From Candidatus Eiseniibacteriota bacterium (lineage in GTDB: Bacteria > Arandabacterota > Arandabacteria > Arandabacterales > Arandabacteraceae): a DNA stretch of 32,532 nt. Position numbers and translations under genes: made by a program. The notes under the pieces were generated by a model. That model was not told where the DNA came from, did no database searches, and was given only the letters and a program-made list of their open reading frames with translations. The stretch lies in NCBI GenBank assembly GCA_043810925.1, contig JBDRNT010000154.1, positions 1 to 32,532 of the forward strand, in the 5' to 3' direction. Shown here in pieces: positions 8,532 to 17,387 of the stretch. Position 1 is the first letter of the stretch. Each line of letters starts with the position of its first letter.

Positions 8532-10174
8532 GAGAGATAACCCAATGCCGAAAGCGAAGCCTTGATTTTCTCAAGCTCCTCCGGCGTGTAGACATCGTGC
8601 TCGACCAGCCGCCTGAACCGGGCAGCCGGCTCAAACGTCATCTCGTGGTCGGCCAGATGCTTCGCCTCGAAGATGGACTCGAGTACCCTTCCATCCATAT
8701 CATCCGGTATTCCAAGACCCATTTCGTAGAGTATGGTGGGCGTCATATCGATGATTTCTGCCCCGGTGATTGTTGAGCCCCGCTTCACTCCCGGTCCCCT
8801 GGCGATGAAGATCCCTTCGAGGCGATGATGGCCCGACCTGTTCGGCATGAAGAGCCGCCGGAAATAGAAGCTCCGGTTTAAGAGGTAGGAGAAGTTCCTG
8901 ATCTGGAAGAGTACATCGGGCGCCGTCTCCACATGAGGACCCGAATAGACCTCTTCCCTCCGGACGGCGATGTCGACGATCTTGTCCCCGGTCACGGGAT
9001 CACGCAGATCGTAGAGACGGGATATGATCCGGTCGCGGATTGCCTCATAGTCCTCATCCGTCTCCACGATGCCATGGCTCTCCCGGCCCTTTCTGTTGAC
9101 GTAGATCCCGAAGGAATCGAAGTAGGCAACCGTCTTGTCCCAGTCGACAACCGAGGGAGAGACTTTTCGCCGGAAGAGGGGTAACCTGACCTTCAGGCCC
9201 GCAATGGCATCCGGCAAGCGTTCTGCGAGTGCTCTCATGCCAAACCTGTTCAAGAGTCCGCGGACCGGCACCGGATGGATCGCAAAACTATAAACGTCCC
9301 TCCAGTGACCGGGTGATGGTGAAAGGAGATGGAGAAAACCGTTATCCAGAAGCCAGCGATTTGCGAAGAAGACCTTGTCGACCGCTCCAAAGCCGTGATC
9401 TGAAAGGACCACGACATGGGTTTCATCGTCGATCTCATCGAGGAGGGCTCCGACCATACGGTCGCTCAGCTCATAGGCCTCCGCAACGGAGCCGGAAAGC
9501 GACGAGGAACTGTCCAGCATCTCCCGCACCTCATTCCAGCAGAAATGCTGGATCCTGTCCGTCACACCGAAAACGATCATGGAGAGATCCCATTCATGAT
9601 TCCGGAGTAACTCCACGGCCGTCTTGAGGCGGTGCTCTTCGATGTCGAAGTAGTCCCTCAGCCACTCCTCCTTCTTGCGAGTCCCGATGTCCGTTAAGGG
9701 GTGAAAGTCCACCCGGTAACCCTCGCGGTCGATCTTCTCCTGGAGGTCCGGAGGGTGCACGAAGTGGCGGGAGTCATTCGGTGTCATCAGACCCGAGATA
9801 ACAATCCCGTTGATCGCGGGAGGAGGGTAGGTGAGGGGGATATTGATCAAGATCATCTTCTTGTTCTTGGTTGACAGGATATCCCACAGGGTCGGCACGG
9901 CGATGGAATTGTAACTGACAAGTTTGAGATCGCCGCCGGGCCCGCTCCCGGCATGATGTGCGAACTCGAATACGCCGTGCTTTGCGGGGTTCTTGCCCGT
10001 CATGAAGGATGTCCAGGCCGGAGGGGTGATCGGGGGGATGGTGGACATCAAGTTGCCGGATGTCCCACTGTCCATGAGCCGTGCCAGGTTGGGAAGCCTG
10101 CCCTCTTTAAGAAGCGGGTGGATGATATCGAATGTGGCTCCATCGAGTCCTATTACAAGCACTCTCCGAGACAT
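8528..10174 (-). CDS. Alkaline phosphatase superfamily protein (NPP/phosphodiesterase type), paralog 2
   Basis: IGLDGAT, STIPPITPPAW, TDRIQH, LSDHGFG, GHHRLEG and C-terminal LSALGYL. Confidence 0.9.
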   Translation of the reverse strand: MSRRVLVIGLDGATFDIIHPLLKEGRLPNLARLMDSGTSGNLMSTIPPITPPAWTSFMTGKNPAKHGVFEFAHHAGSGPGGDLKLVSYNSIAVPTLWDILSTKNKKMILINIPLTYPPPAINGIVISGLMTPNDSRHFVHPPDLQEKIDREGYRVDFHPLTDIGTRKKEEWLRDYFDIEEHRLKTAVELLRNHEWDLSMIVFGVTDRIQHFCWNEVREMLDSSSSLSGSVAEAYELSDRMVGALLDEIDDETHVVVLSDHGFGAVDKVFFANRWLLDNGFLHLLSPSPGHWRDVYSFAIHPVPVRGLLNRFGMRALAERLPDAIAGLKVRLPLFRRKVSPSVVDWDKTVAYFDSFGIYVNRKGRESHGIVETDEDYEAIRDRIISRLYDLRDPVTGDKIVDIAVRREEVYSGPHVETAPDVLFQIRNFSYLLNRSFYFRRLFMPNRSGHHRLEGIFIARGPGVKRGSTITGAEIIDMTPTILYEMGLGIPDDMDGRVLESIFEAKHLADHEMTFEPAARFRRLVEHDVYTPEELEKIKASLSALGYLS

Positions 10175-10203
10175 TGCTTCTCCCCTCTATAGCGGCAAAG
10201 CAC

Positions 10204-11346
10204 TCAACGTTGAATTTCGCGATAGATCTCCAGCGTCCGCCGGCCGATCGTCTCCCAGGAATATGCTTCCATTGTCTTTCTGGCCTCCGCGGCCATCGAC
10301 TCCCTCAGGGCCGGTTCCTCGAGCAGCACCAGCATCTTCCGGGCGAGCTCCTCAGCATCCGTTGGATCGGTCACTATGAGGCCGTTCTCCCCATCTCTTA
10401 AGATATCAACCGTACCCGTTCTCATGGAGGTTATTATTGGAAGCCCGCTTGACATGGCCTCGAGGTTCACGAGCGGGTACGCGTCATAGAAGCTCGGGAA
10501 AAGAAACGCGTCGGCGGCGGCGTAGTATGGTCTGGTATCAAGGGATGCTCCTGCGAAGATCACCTGCGCATCCACCCCCAGCTCCCTGGCGTAATCCTCG
10601 AATCGCACCTGGTCGACCTGGTCTTTGCCGACGACCAGCAGTCTGGCATGGGGCCGTTTGATCCGGGCCAGTGCTTCTATGGCAAAGGCAAGCCCCTTTC
10701 GCTTGAAGAAGTTTCCCACAAACAGAAAGGTGAAATCGGTTTCTGAAATCCCGTGCCGGCTCCGGGTGGGCAGCCTCAGCTCTTCGAGGCCAACCGGGTT
10801 GTATGCGGCAAGATCAACGCCGTTGGGAAGCAGTTCGACGGCGTCTTCGGGCACCTTGTAGTAGCTCAAGAGGAAATCGCGGATCTCTCTTGAGAGCGCG
10901 ATAACCTTCCTGTAGTGGCCGCGACGGTAGTTGTAGTCGGACATCGGATAGGAAAGCATGATTCTCAGCCTGTAAAGGAGCGGGACTTCTTTCCGGTGTG
11001 ACTTGCTGAGGGTCTTGATCAGGTTCATTCCGATTCGCGCAACTCCGTGGCAGGTCACGATCCCGTCATCAAAGCGGCACGGGGCGTGGAGGTGGGCGAC
11101 ATCGAACTTCTCCCGGCGAAGCAGCGCCCCGCTTCTTAAGAAGAAACTGAGGTTCCGGGTCTCGAAAGTGTATTTGACCATAGAAACGGGGTGAATCTCG
11201 TAGTCTCCATGGACGGCTTCACCGGCAGGAAGCACGATGTGAACTTCATGGCCCATCTGGTCTTTGTAGTACCTGGCCAGTTCACTGACGACCCTTCCGA
11301 CACCGCTTAAGGGGCTGAAGCTCCGGGTGACGAGGGCAATTCTCAT
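10204..11346 (-). CDS. Glycosyltransferase family 4
   Basis: MRIALV, LPNGVD, FVGNFFKRKG and FPSFYDAYPLVNLEAMSSGLP. Confidence 0.9.
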   Translation of the reverse strand: MRIALVTRSFSPLSGVGRVVSELARYYKDQMGHEVHIVLPAGEAVHGDYEIHPVSMVKYTFETRNLSFFLRSGALLRREKFDVAHLHAPCRFDDGIVTCHGVARIGMNLIKTLSKSHRKEVPLLYRLRIMLSYPMSDYNYRRGHYRKVIALSREIRDFLLSYYKVPEDAVELLPNGVDLAAYNPVGLEELRLPTRSRHGISETDFTFLFVGNFFKRKGLAFAIEALARIKRPHARLLVVGKDQVDQVRFEDYARELGVDAQVIFAGASLDTRPYYAAADAFLFPSFYDAYPLVNLEAMSSGLPIITSMRTGTVDILRDGENGLIVTDPTDAEELARKMLVLLEEPALRESMAAEARKTMEAYSWETIGRRTLEIYREIQR

Positions 11347-12218
11347 TACTGCGAATCCTCCCTGACTGCGATGACGAAGAGCTCATACTTCCGCTGAGAA
11401 ACCCGCTCCAGCCAGGACAATCCCCTGACAAGCGACTTCTCGATCTTTCTTCCCCGTGCCTTTACGAGTGGGATCGTCTTCTTCTCAAGCCGGTTGACCC
11501 TGAATCCTGCCTGCTTGAGGAGCCTCGTAATCGTTGCGGCTGAGAAATAGTACCGATGGTAGACATGATACAGCTTTCCGACAGGATAGTGAATCGCTCC
11601 ACCGCTCAGACGGTAGATCCAGTGGGCGACGTAACGCATCAGCGAGTCGGCATTCGGCGTGTCAAAGAGCAGGATTCCGTCGTCCTTGAGCACACGTCCG
11701 ATCTCAACAAGCTCTTCGAGGGGATCCTCAAAGTGCTCGACCGAATCCCAGAGTGTGATCACGTCGAAGAACCGGTCGGGGAACCGTGCATCCCGCAGGT
11801 GGCCGGTGAAGTACTCCCCATCAAAGTGCTTCTTCGCAAATTCGATGGCGAACTCGGAGACATCAACACCATAAGGCTTCCAGCCGTCGCGCCCGGCCAT
11901 CGCCGGAAAGATACCCATTGCGCAGCCCACGTCGAGGATCCGGCCCGGCTGCTTCAGGGAATTGATGATATCCAGGCCGTGTCTGAAATCCCTGATGGTC
12001 CCGTGTTCAACACCGCCCTCGGGATCGACCACGGAGTTTCGATAGTAGTAGTCGCTTCGCTCTTCATAGTAGGCCTGAGTGTAGCTATTAGCCGGGGACG
12101 AGGGGACGGCCGGACCACCGATAAAGACCAGTCCGCAGCGACGGCACTCCAGGACGTCCAGTGACGGCAGGTGGTACTTCCTGGTTATCTCCGTCGATTT
12201 GCACAGGCTACACAACAT
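11346..12218 (-). CDS. Class I SAM-dependent methyltransferase with N-terminal Zn-ribbon
   Basis: CSLC..CRRC at the N-terminus, ILDVGCAMG (motif I) and FDVITLWDSVEH. Confidence 0.9.
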   Translation of the reverse strand: MLCSLCKSTEITRKYHLPSLDVLECRRCGLVFIGGPAVPSSPANSYTQAYYEERSDYYYRNSVVDPEGGVEHGTIRDFRHGLDIINSLKQPGRILDVGCAMGIFPAMAGRDGWKPYGVDVSEFAIEFAKKHFDGEYFTGHLRDARFPDRFFDVITLWDSVEHFEDPLEELVEIGRVLKDDGILLFDTPNADSLMRYVAHWIYRLSGGAIHYPVGKLYHVYHRYYFSAATITRLLKQAGFRVNRLEKKTIPLVKARGRKIEKSLVRGLSWLERVSQRKYELFVIAVREDSQ

Positions 12219-12223
12219 CTGTT

Positions 12224-13300
12224 TTAGCCACTCTCCTCATCCGCCGAACAGGCGAGCCGACAGATCTCCGGCAGAGTCGTCTTGAGTTGAGACCTGAGCT
12301 GCCGGATCCGGGGGCCGTTCCAGATCTCCCGGAAGTCGTCCTCAAAGATATTGCCGAGTTTGATCTTGTCGGGATCAAACAGATTACAGCACGGGGTCAC
12401 GCTGCCATCCACGGTGACGTATGTGCCTGTCCACGGCCACGTGCAGATTCTGTTACGCTGCCCCGGGTCACGCCTTGCTCCCGCGAGCTGACGGTTGAGC
12501 AGCGGGCCTACGCCGAGCCGGACGTCGAGGCCCCGGGCGATCTCTCGCGCCCGGTGTATGCTTTCGAGTTCCTCACCTGATACCCGGTCGTCATTAAGCG
12601 TTGCCGTCCAGGGGATCATCCGCTTAAGCTGGAGCACGTTGACCCCCATGGAATGCACAAGCTTGACTATCTCGGGGATCTCCCCGGCGTTACGCTTTGT
12701 TACCGTGGTCACTACGCTTAAAGCCGGTGTGGTTCGTCCGCAGCGGTTGACGAGGGCGGCGAAGTTCCTGATATTCTCAACAACCTCGGCCATCTTTGCG
12801 CCCTTTCTTATGGATTCAAAGACCGCGGGGTCAGCGGCATCGATTGAAAACTTAAGCGTGGCCAGGCCGCTTTCTACAAGATCCTCAGCCAGTTTCCCCT
12901 TGAGCAGCATGGCGTTCGTAAAGAAACTCACCTGGACTTTCCTCTGACTGAGATACCGGATCATGAGAAGCAGTTCCGGATTAAGGAGGGGCTCACCGGT
13001 GCCGTTGAGACACGCCCATCGTACGTGCGGCAAGCGGGACATCACCTTCTTGAATTCATCGAACGACATGTGTCTCGACTGCTGCATCTGTGGACCCATC
13101 TCATCGATCAAGCCCCTGCACGTCTCACAGTGGAGATTGCAGTGTGTGGTGATCTCAATCTGTGCGAAGGATGGCTGATTGGGACATCTGATGGGCATTC
13201 TCTTCTGGGCGTACCTTGTCAGTACGGCATTCCAGAGGGTGCCCAACCCCCGGCTGCGTATCATTGCCGCAGCCCGCTTGACTTTTCGATAGGCGTTCAT
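12224..13300 (-). CDS. Radical SAM protein with SPASM/twitch domain
   Basis: CNLHCETC (CxxxCxxC), GTGEPLL, and C-terminal CTWPW..VDGSVTPCC..LGNI..IWNG..CRLAC. Confidence 0.9.
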   Translation of the reverse strand: MNAYRKVKRAAAMIRSRGLGTLWNAVLTRYAQKRMPIRCPNQPSFAQIEITTHCNLHCETCRGLIDEMGPQMQQSRHMSFDEFKKVMSRLPHVRWACLNGTGEPLLNPELLLMIRYLSQRKVQVSFFTNAMLLKGKLAEDLVESGLATLKFSIDAADPAVFESIRKGAKMAEVVENIRNFAALVNRCGRTTPALSVVTTVTKRNAGEIPEIVKLVHSMGVNVLQLKRMIPWTATLNDDRVSGEELESIHRAREIARGLDVRLGVGPLLNRQLAGARRDPGQRNRICTWPWTGTYVTVDGSVTPCCNLFDPDKIKLGNIFEDDFREIWNGPRIRQLRSQLKTTLPEICRLACSADEESG

Positions 13301-14235
13301 GGTTTGGCCTCAAGCCGCACCCTGTATTCGCCATCTCCCATGGTTGCCCCCCTGAAAAAGCCCGAGGCCCAGGCGCAGGCACCGACGAGATACAAAGGGG
13401 AGAGAAGCAGCGACAGTACCAGCACCTTAAGATCCCTCCGCGCCACCCTCGACACGAGCGAGCCCAGGCGGAGCACGGGTAGAAAGGCAGCGAGTGCCGG
13501 GTAGCGGACAAAGATCTGGCCGGACATGTCCGTGCATCTGAGCGCAAGGGCAAAACTCCATCCGAGTGTCCATTGATGTCTCAGGAGATAGGACAGGGAA
13601 GTCCTGTTGATATGGGTCACCTTGACGGAAGGATCGAAAAGAAGCCTTGCTCCACCGCGAAAGACCCTCCAGTTCAGGATCAGGTCCTCCGCAAGGAAAT
13701 CGTATGATGGGAAAAATCCGTGTTGTCTCAGAACATCGGCTTTGTAGCAGGCATTACAGGTGGGTATCTGCGGTACAAGCCTTTCATCCATGGACGGCAT
13801 AAAAGGACTGAACGACATCAAGTAGTCGACCCAGCCGATGGCGCTGTGCGGTGTGCCGTTAAGAATCGCGCCGCCGATCGCAGCATGCTCGCCCTGCCGG
13901 TGGCGATCGAGCATTCGTTCGAGGATGTCTTTGCCGGCGATACAGTCAGAGTCGATAAACATGATCAAGCCTGCAGCCGCACTGCCGATGCCCATATTCC
14001 TGGCGGGTCCGGGCAGCATCTTTTTCTCGGCCCTGATCAAGCGGACGCGGGGGAACTCCTCACGTATTATGTCCGGTGTGCGGTCTGTCGAGCTGTCAAC
14101 CGCGATCACTTCATAGTGATGCGGCGCGAGGGTCTGATCAAGCACCGAACTCAGGCAGTCCCTTATGGTAGATTCCGAGTTGAATGTCGGAATCACAACC
14201 GAGATTTTGGTCTTCTCCTCATTCATGCGTGTCAC
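13297..14235 (-). CDS. Glycosyltransferase family 2 with hydrophobic C-terminus
   Basis: ISVVIPTFN, ARNMG, FIDSDC and AEDL; C-terminal membrane-associated helices. Confidence 0.9.
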   Translation of the reverse strand: MTRMNEEKTKISVVIPTFNSESTIRDCLSSVLDQTLAPHHYEVIAVDSSTDRTPDIIREEFPRVRLIRAEKKMLPGPARNMGIGSAAAGLIMFIDSDCIAGKDILERMLDRHRQGEHAAIGGAILNGTPHSAIGWVDYLMSFSPFMPSMDERLVPQIPTCNACYKADVLRQHGFFPSYDFLAEDLILNWRVFRGGARLLFDPSVKVTHINRTSLSYLLRHQWTLGWSFALALRCTDMSGQIFVRYPALAAFLPVLRLGSLVSRVARRDLKVLVLSLLLSPLYLVGACAWASGFFRGATMGDGEYRVRLEAKP

Positions 14236-15908
14236 CCGAGATATCCTAGGCCCCGGAGTCTTTCGGCAATTGCCGCTTCCTCGTCCTCATTAAGACCGCC
14301 CGTGGCGGTATCCCTCGTCGACGGTCCCCTGTCCGCCGGAACGTAGTCCGGGGGATGCTCCGCCAGATAGGCCGGATCGAAAATCTCCTCAAGCACCCGG
14401 CCATCGCGATCGTCGGGGATCGGCCGGCCGAGTGTGTAAAGGATCGTTGGAAAGAGATCCAGAATATTGAGTTTCTCAACCTCCCCGGATTGCCGGATCG
14501 CCGGCCCGGCTGCGATGAAGATGCCGTCGATCCGGTGAGTTCCGGTCAGGGGATAGTCGGAGGACTCCACCTTAAGGTGACGGCCGGCAAAGAGGCTGTC
14601 GGTGTCATCCCCGGACGCGGCTTCAAGGCCCTTTTCCGTGTAAGTCGCATAGTCTCGCCAGCGGATGATGAGATCGGGGGCATGTCGGACTTGCTCCCCG
14701 GAGTATATGTCGTTTTTCCGGTAGACTCTCTCGACGATCCTCTCACCGGTCGAAGGATCCTCAATCTGCATGAGCTTATCTGATAGTTCGGAACAGAGCA
14801 TATCGTAGTCCTCAGCTGACACGGTTCCTTTGGGTTTGTCTCCCCGCAGGTTTATATAGATATTGCCGTAGTACCCTGATGAATAGGCTTTGACCCTGGA
14901 CCAGTCGACGTTCCGGGTGGCGATCAGGGTCTCAACCCGGTCGCGGGTCCCGGGCAGAGCGTAACGAAGCATCTTTTTTACCGGGACGGGCAAGTGGCGT
15001 CTGAGAAATGTCCGTGCTTTTCTTGCGAGCCCAACGAGGACACGGCCCGGCGAAAAGGTCGAGCTGGAGAAAACGAGGTAGCCTTCACGCTCGAGCCAGC
15101 GGTCAAGATAGAAAACCCGCTCGATGGGACCTGCTCCATGATCGGAGACGATCAACACAGTCGTATCGTTATCGAGTTCTTCGAGGAACTTCCCGAGATA
15201 ACCGTCGACCCGCTGGTAGGTCTCCTCAATGATCGATCTCGCCTCAGGCTCTGCCTGCCAGAAAATATGTTGGACATGGTCGGTAGAATTGAAGACCAGC
15301 ATAAAGCAATCCCAGGGGTAATTGCTCAAGAGATACCTGCCGCTCTCATACCGGAACTCGAGTGTACGCCACAGGTTCTCTTTGTACCGGGCCAGGTTGA
15401 ACCGGCGCCCGACCGGCATCGTCCAATCCATGATGTATTCCCCGAATTGACCGACGAGCGTGTCGTAGACCTCCGGGGGGCTGGCGATTTCACGTCTGGC
15501 CATTGGGGCGTCCAGACCGGAGATCATCAGTCCGTTCACCCTTTCAGGCGGGTATGTGAAAGGCAGGTTGACGGCGATGACCCGCTTGCCGTGCCTGCTG
15601 AGATAGCTCCAAAAGGTTTCTTCCCTGCAGTTAAGGGCTGTGGTCAGCCGGAATCCATAGCCCGACGGCTCGGGTGCTACGAAATCATAAACGCCATGAC
15701 GACCGGGATTCACACCGGTCATGAAGCTCGTCCACGCCGCCGGCGTGATCGGGTGTATCGTAGAGTGCAGCTTTCCCCATGATCCCTGTTTCATCAAGCG
15801 CCCCATGTTGGGGAGCTTCCCTCTCTTAACAAGAGGCCGGATCACATCGAAGGTGCCGCCATCGACAGCGAGAATGAAGGTTTTCTTATCCGGCGGAGCC
15901 GTGTTCAC
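14232..15908 (-). CDS. Alkaline phosphatase superfamily protein (NPP/phosphodiesterase type), paralog 3
   Basis: AVDGGT, STIHPITPAAW, TDHVQH, VSDHGAG, THRIDG and C-terminal ERLRGLGYL; GTG start. Confidence 0.9.
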   Translation of the reverse strand: MNTAPPDKKTFILAVDGGTFDVIRPLVKRGKLPNMGRLMKQGSWGKLHSTIHPITPAAWTSFMTGVNPGRHGVYDFVAPEPSGYGFRLTTALNCREETFWSYLSRHGKRVIAVNLPFTYPPERVNGLMISGLDAPMARREIASPPEVYDTLVGQFGEYIMDWTMPVGRRFNLARYKENLWRTLEFRYESGRYLLSNYPWDCFMLVFNSTDHVQHIFWQAEPEARSIIEETYQRVDGYLGKFLEELDNDTTVLIVSDHGAGPIERVFYLDRWLEREGYLVFSSSTFSPGRVLVGLARKARTFLRRHLPVPVKKMLRYALPGTRDRVETLIATRNVDWSRVKAYSSGYYGNIYINLRGDKPKGTVSAEDYDMLCSELSDKLMQIEDPSTGERIVERVYRKNDIYSGEQVRHAPDLIIRWRDYATYTEKGLEAASGDDTDSLFAGRHLKVESSDYPLTGTHRIDGIFIAAGPAIRQSGEVEKLNILDLFPTILYTLGRPIPDDRDGRVLEEIFDPAYLAEHPPDYVPADRGPSTRDTATGGLNEDEEAAIAERLRGLGYLG

Positions 15909-17380
15909 GCGGTCACTCCTTCGCTACTCTGCTTCTTAGAGATGGTAAGAAGAGCTGTGGATAGAGCGAAGGCGATCCAGTGTGCCTCGTGTTCAATCAG
16001 GGGATCGATACCGGCATAGAAGAAATAGCATACGACGATTGCTAGCACCGTGGCGGCCGCTCCTTTTATGAATCGGTCCTCGGATCTTCGCCAAACGCGC
16101 AATGCATTTGCTGCCGCGAAAATATAGAGACCCAGGTAGCTTAAGAAGCCGAATATGCCGTTTTCAGCCCAGGCCTGCAGGAAGCAGTTGTGTGTCCAGA
16201 GCGGGGAGCGGGGAACCGAGGCAACGATGTAGCGGTTGTATTCCGTCATAAAGTTGCCCGTGCCCACCCCCAGAAACGGATGATCCTCAATCATGGCGAT
16301 CGCCATCTTTGACAGGCCCACACGATATGTGATGGTCTCCGTCTCGGTGGCAAATGCGAAGCGCTCGTAGACCGAGGGGGGTGCGACCAGGAAGAAGAGC
16401 AGGACAAAGACCAGGACGGCCCCCCCGGCTATGGTCGCAATCATGGCTTTGTGGCGTATCCTCTGGAAGACGAGAAACACAATGAAACCCAGGGCCAGGG
16501 CGATCAGTCCGCCCCGCGCCCCGGAGGCCAGGATATTGACGAGAAAGAGAATAAAGGCGGCACATCCTGCGATTCGGACGAGCCACGATTTGCTGAGTGA
16601 GATAAAGAGGAGCAACAACATGGAGGGCATGATCATGGAATGGGCGTGGAAGTCGGGGTTACCGCTGAGCCCCAGGACCCGGTGAGTCCCCTGCTCGACT
16701 CTTGCCTTGCCGATGGCCCCCTTGAGCAGAACACGCTGGGTTAACGTCCCGAAAGCCGCTTTTTCAACTGCTTCTTTCCCCCAGCGCAGTTCGAGGATGT
16801 TGACTCCGGTGGCGACCTCGTAAACACCCATGCATCCGGCTATGACTGCCCCCACGAGTATGACGAGAAAGAGTCTCCTCATGATGCGGGCATCACGGAC
16901 CAGAGTGATCAGCAGCAGATAGAAAAGCACGAGGTTCAATCGCCTCACGTTCTGGCCGACGAAGATCAGGTATTCATGAGCACTGATTACGGAAACGAGC
17001 GAGAAAGTGAAGAAGATGTAGATCGTCACGGTCAGCGGGTTGGTATTGAAGCTCTTGAGCGGCTGCGGGTCCTTGCGCAGCAGCGTCCGCAGGACAATAA
17101 GCGTCAGCACCAGGATGATGAGCACCTTGGTCAGGGTCATGGTGCTTTCGAGGCTCAGGCGGGTCAGGTTGTCGAAGTTGAGTGAGAAGATGATGGTGTA
17201 AAGCCCGAGATTGAGCCAGAAACCAAAGAAGAAGAGGAGCGCCGCCGCAAAGAAGACGACAGCGCCGAACACAGGGTTTACCGAGAAGATGAGCGCCAGC
17301 ACAACGATGCCCAGAAGAAAGGCGCCCGCAGCCAGACGTCCGGCCATCAAACCCTTGAGTCGGTCTGTTACCTCATTCAT
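15905..17380 (-). CDS. O-antigen ligase / Wzy polymerase family membrane protein
   Basis: About 12 TM segments, GNPD, SGARGG, HPFLGVGTGNF and THNCFLQAWAENG. Likely start is ATG 17380, just after the upstream stop. Confidence 0.85.
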   Translation of the reverse strand: MNEVTDRLKGLMAGRLAAGAFLLGIVVLALIFSVNPVFGAVVFFAAALLFFFGFWLNLGLYTIIFSLNFDNLTRLSLESTMTLTKVLIILVLTLIVLRTLLRKDPQPLKSFNTNPLTVTIYIFFTFSLVSVISAHEYLIFVGQNVRRLNLVLFYLLLITLVRDARIMRRLFLVILVGAVIAGCMGVYEVATGVNILELRWGKEAVEKAAFGTLTQRVLLKGAIGKARVEQGTHRVLGLSGNPDFHAHSMIMPSMLLLLFISLSKSWLVRIAGCAAFILFLVNILASGARGGLIALALGFIVFLVFQRIRHKAMIATIAGGAVLVFVLLFFLVAPPSVYERFAFATETETITYRVGLSKMAIAMIEDHPFLGVGTGNFMTEYNRYIVASVPRSPLWTHNCFLQAWAENGIFGFLSYLGLYIFAAANALRVWRRSEDRFIKGAAATVLAIVVCYFFYAGIDPLIEHEAHWIAFALSTALLTISKKQSSEGVTA

Positions 17381-17387
17381 AACGTTG

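Noticed and set aside
12224-13300. RiPP maturase
   Set aside because: No precursor peptide, peptidase or RRE-like extension is evident, and the context is entirely glycan-related.
6864-15908. Sulfatases activated by the radical SAM protein as an anaerobic sulfatase maturase
   Set aside because: None of the three paralogs has a C/SxPxR motif, and the radical SAM protein lacks the full two-cluster SPASM Cys set.
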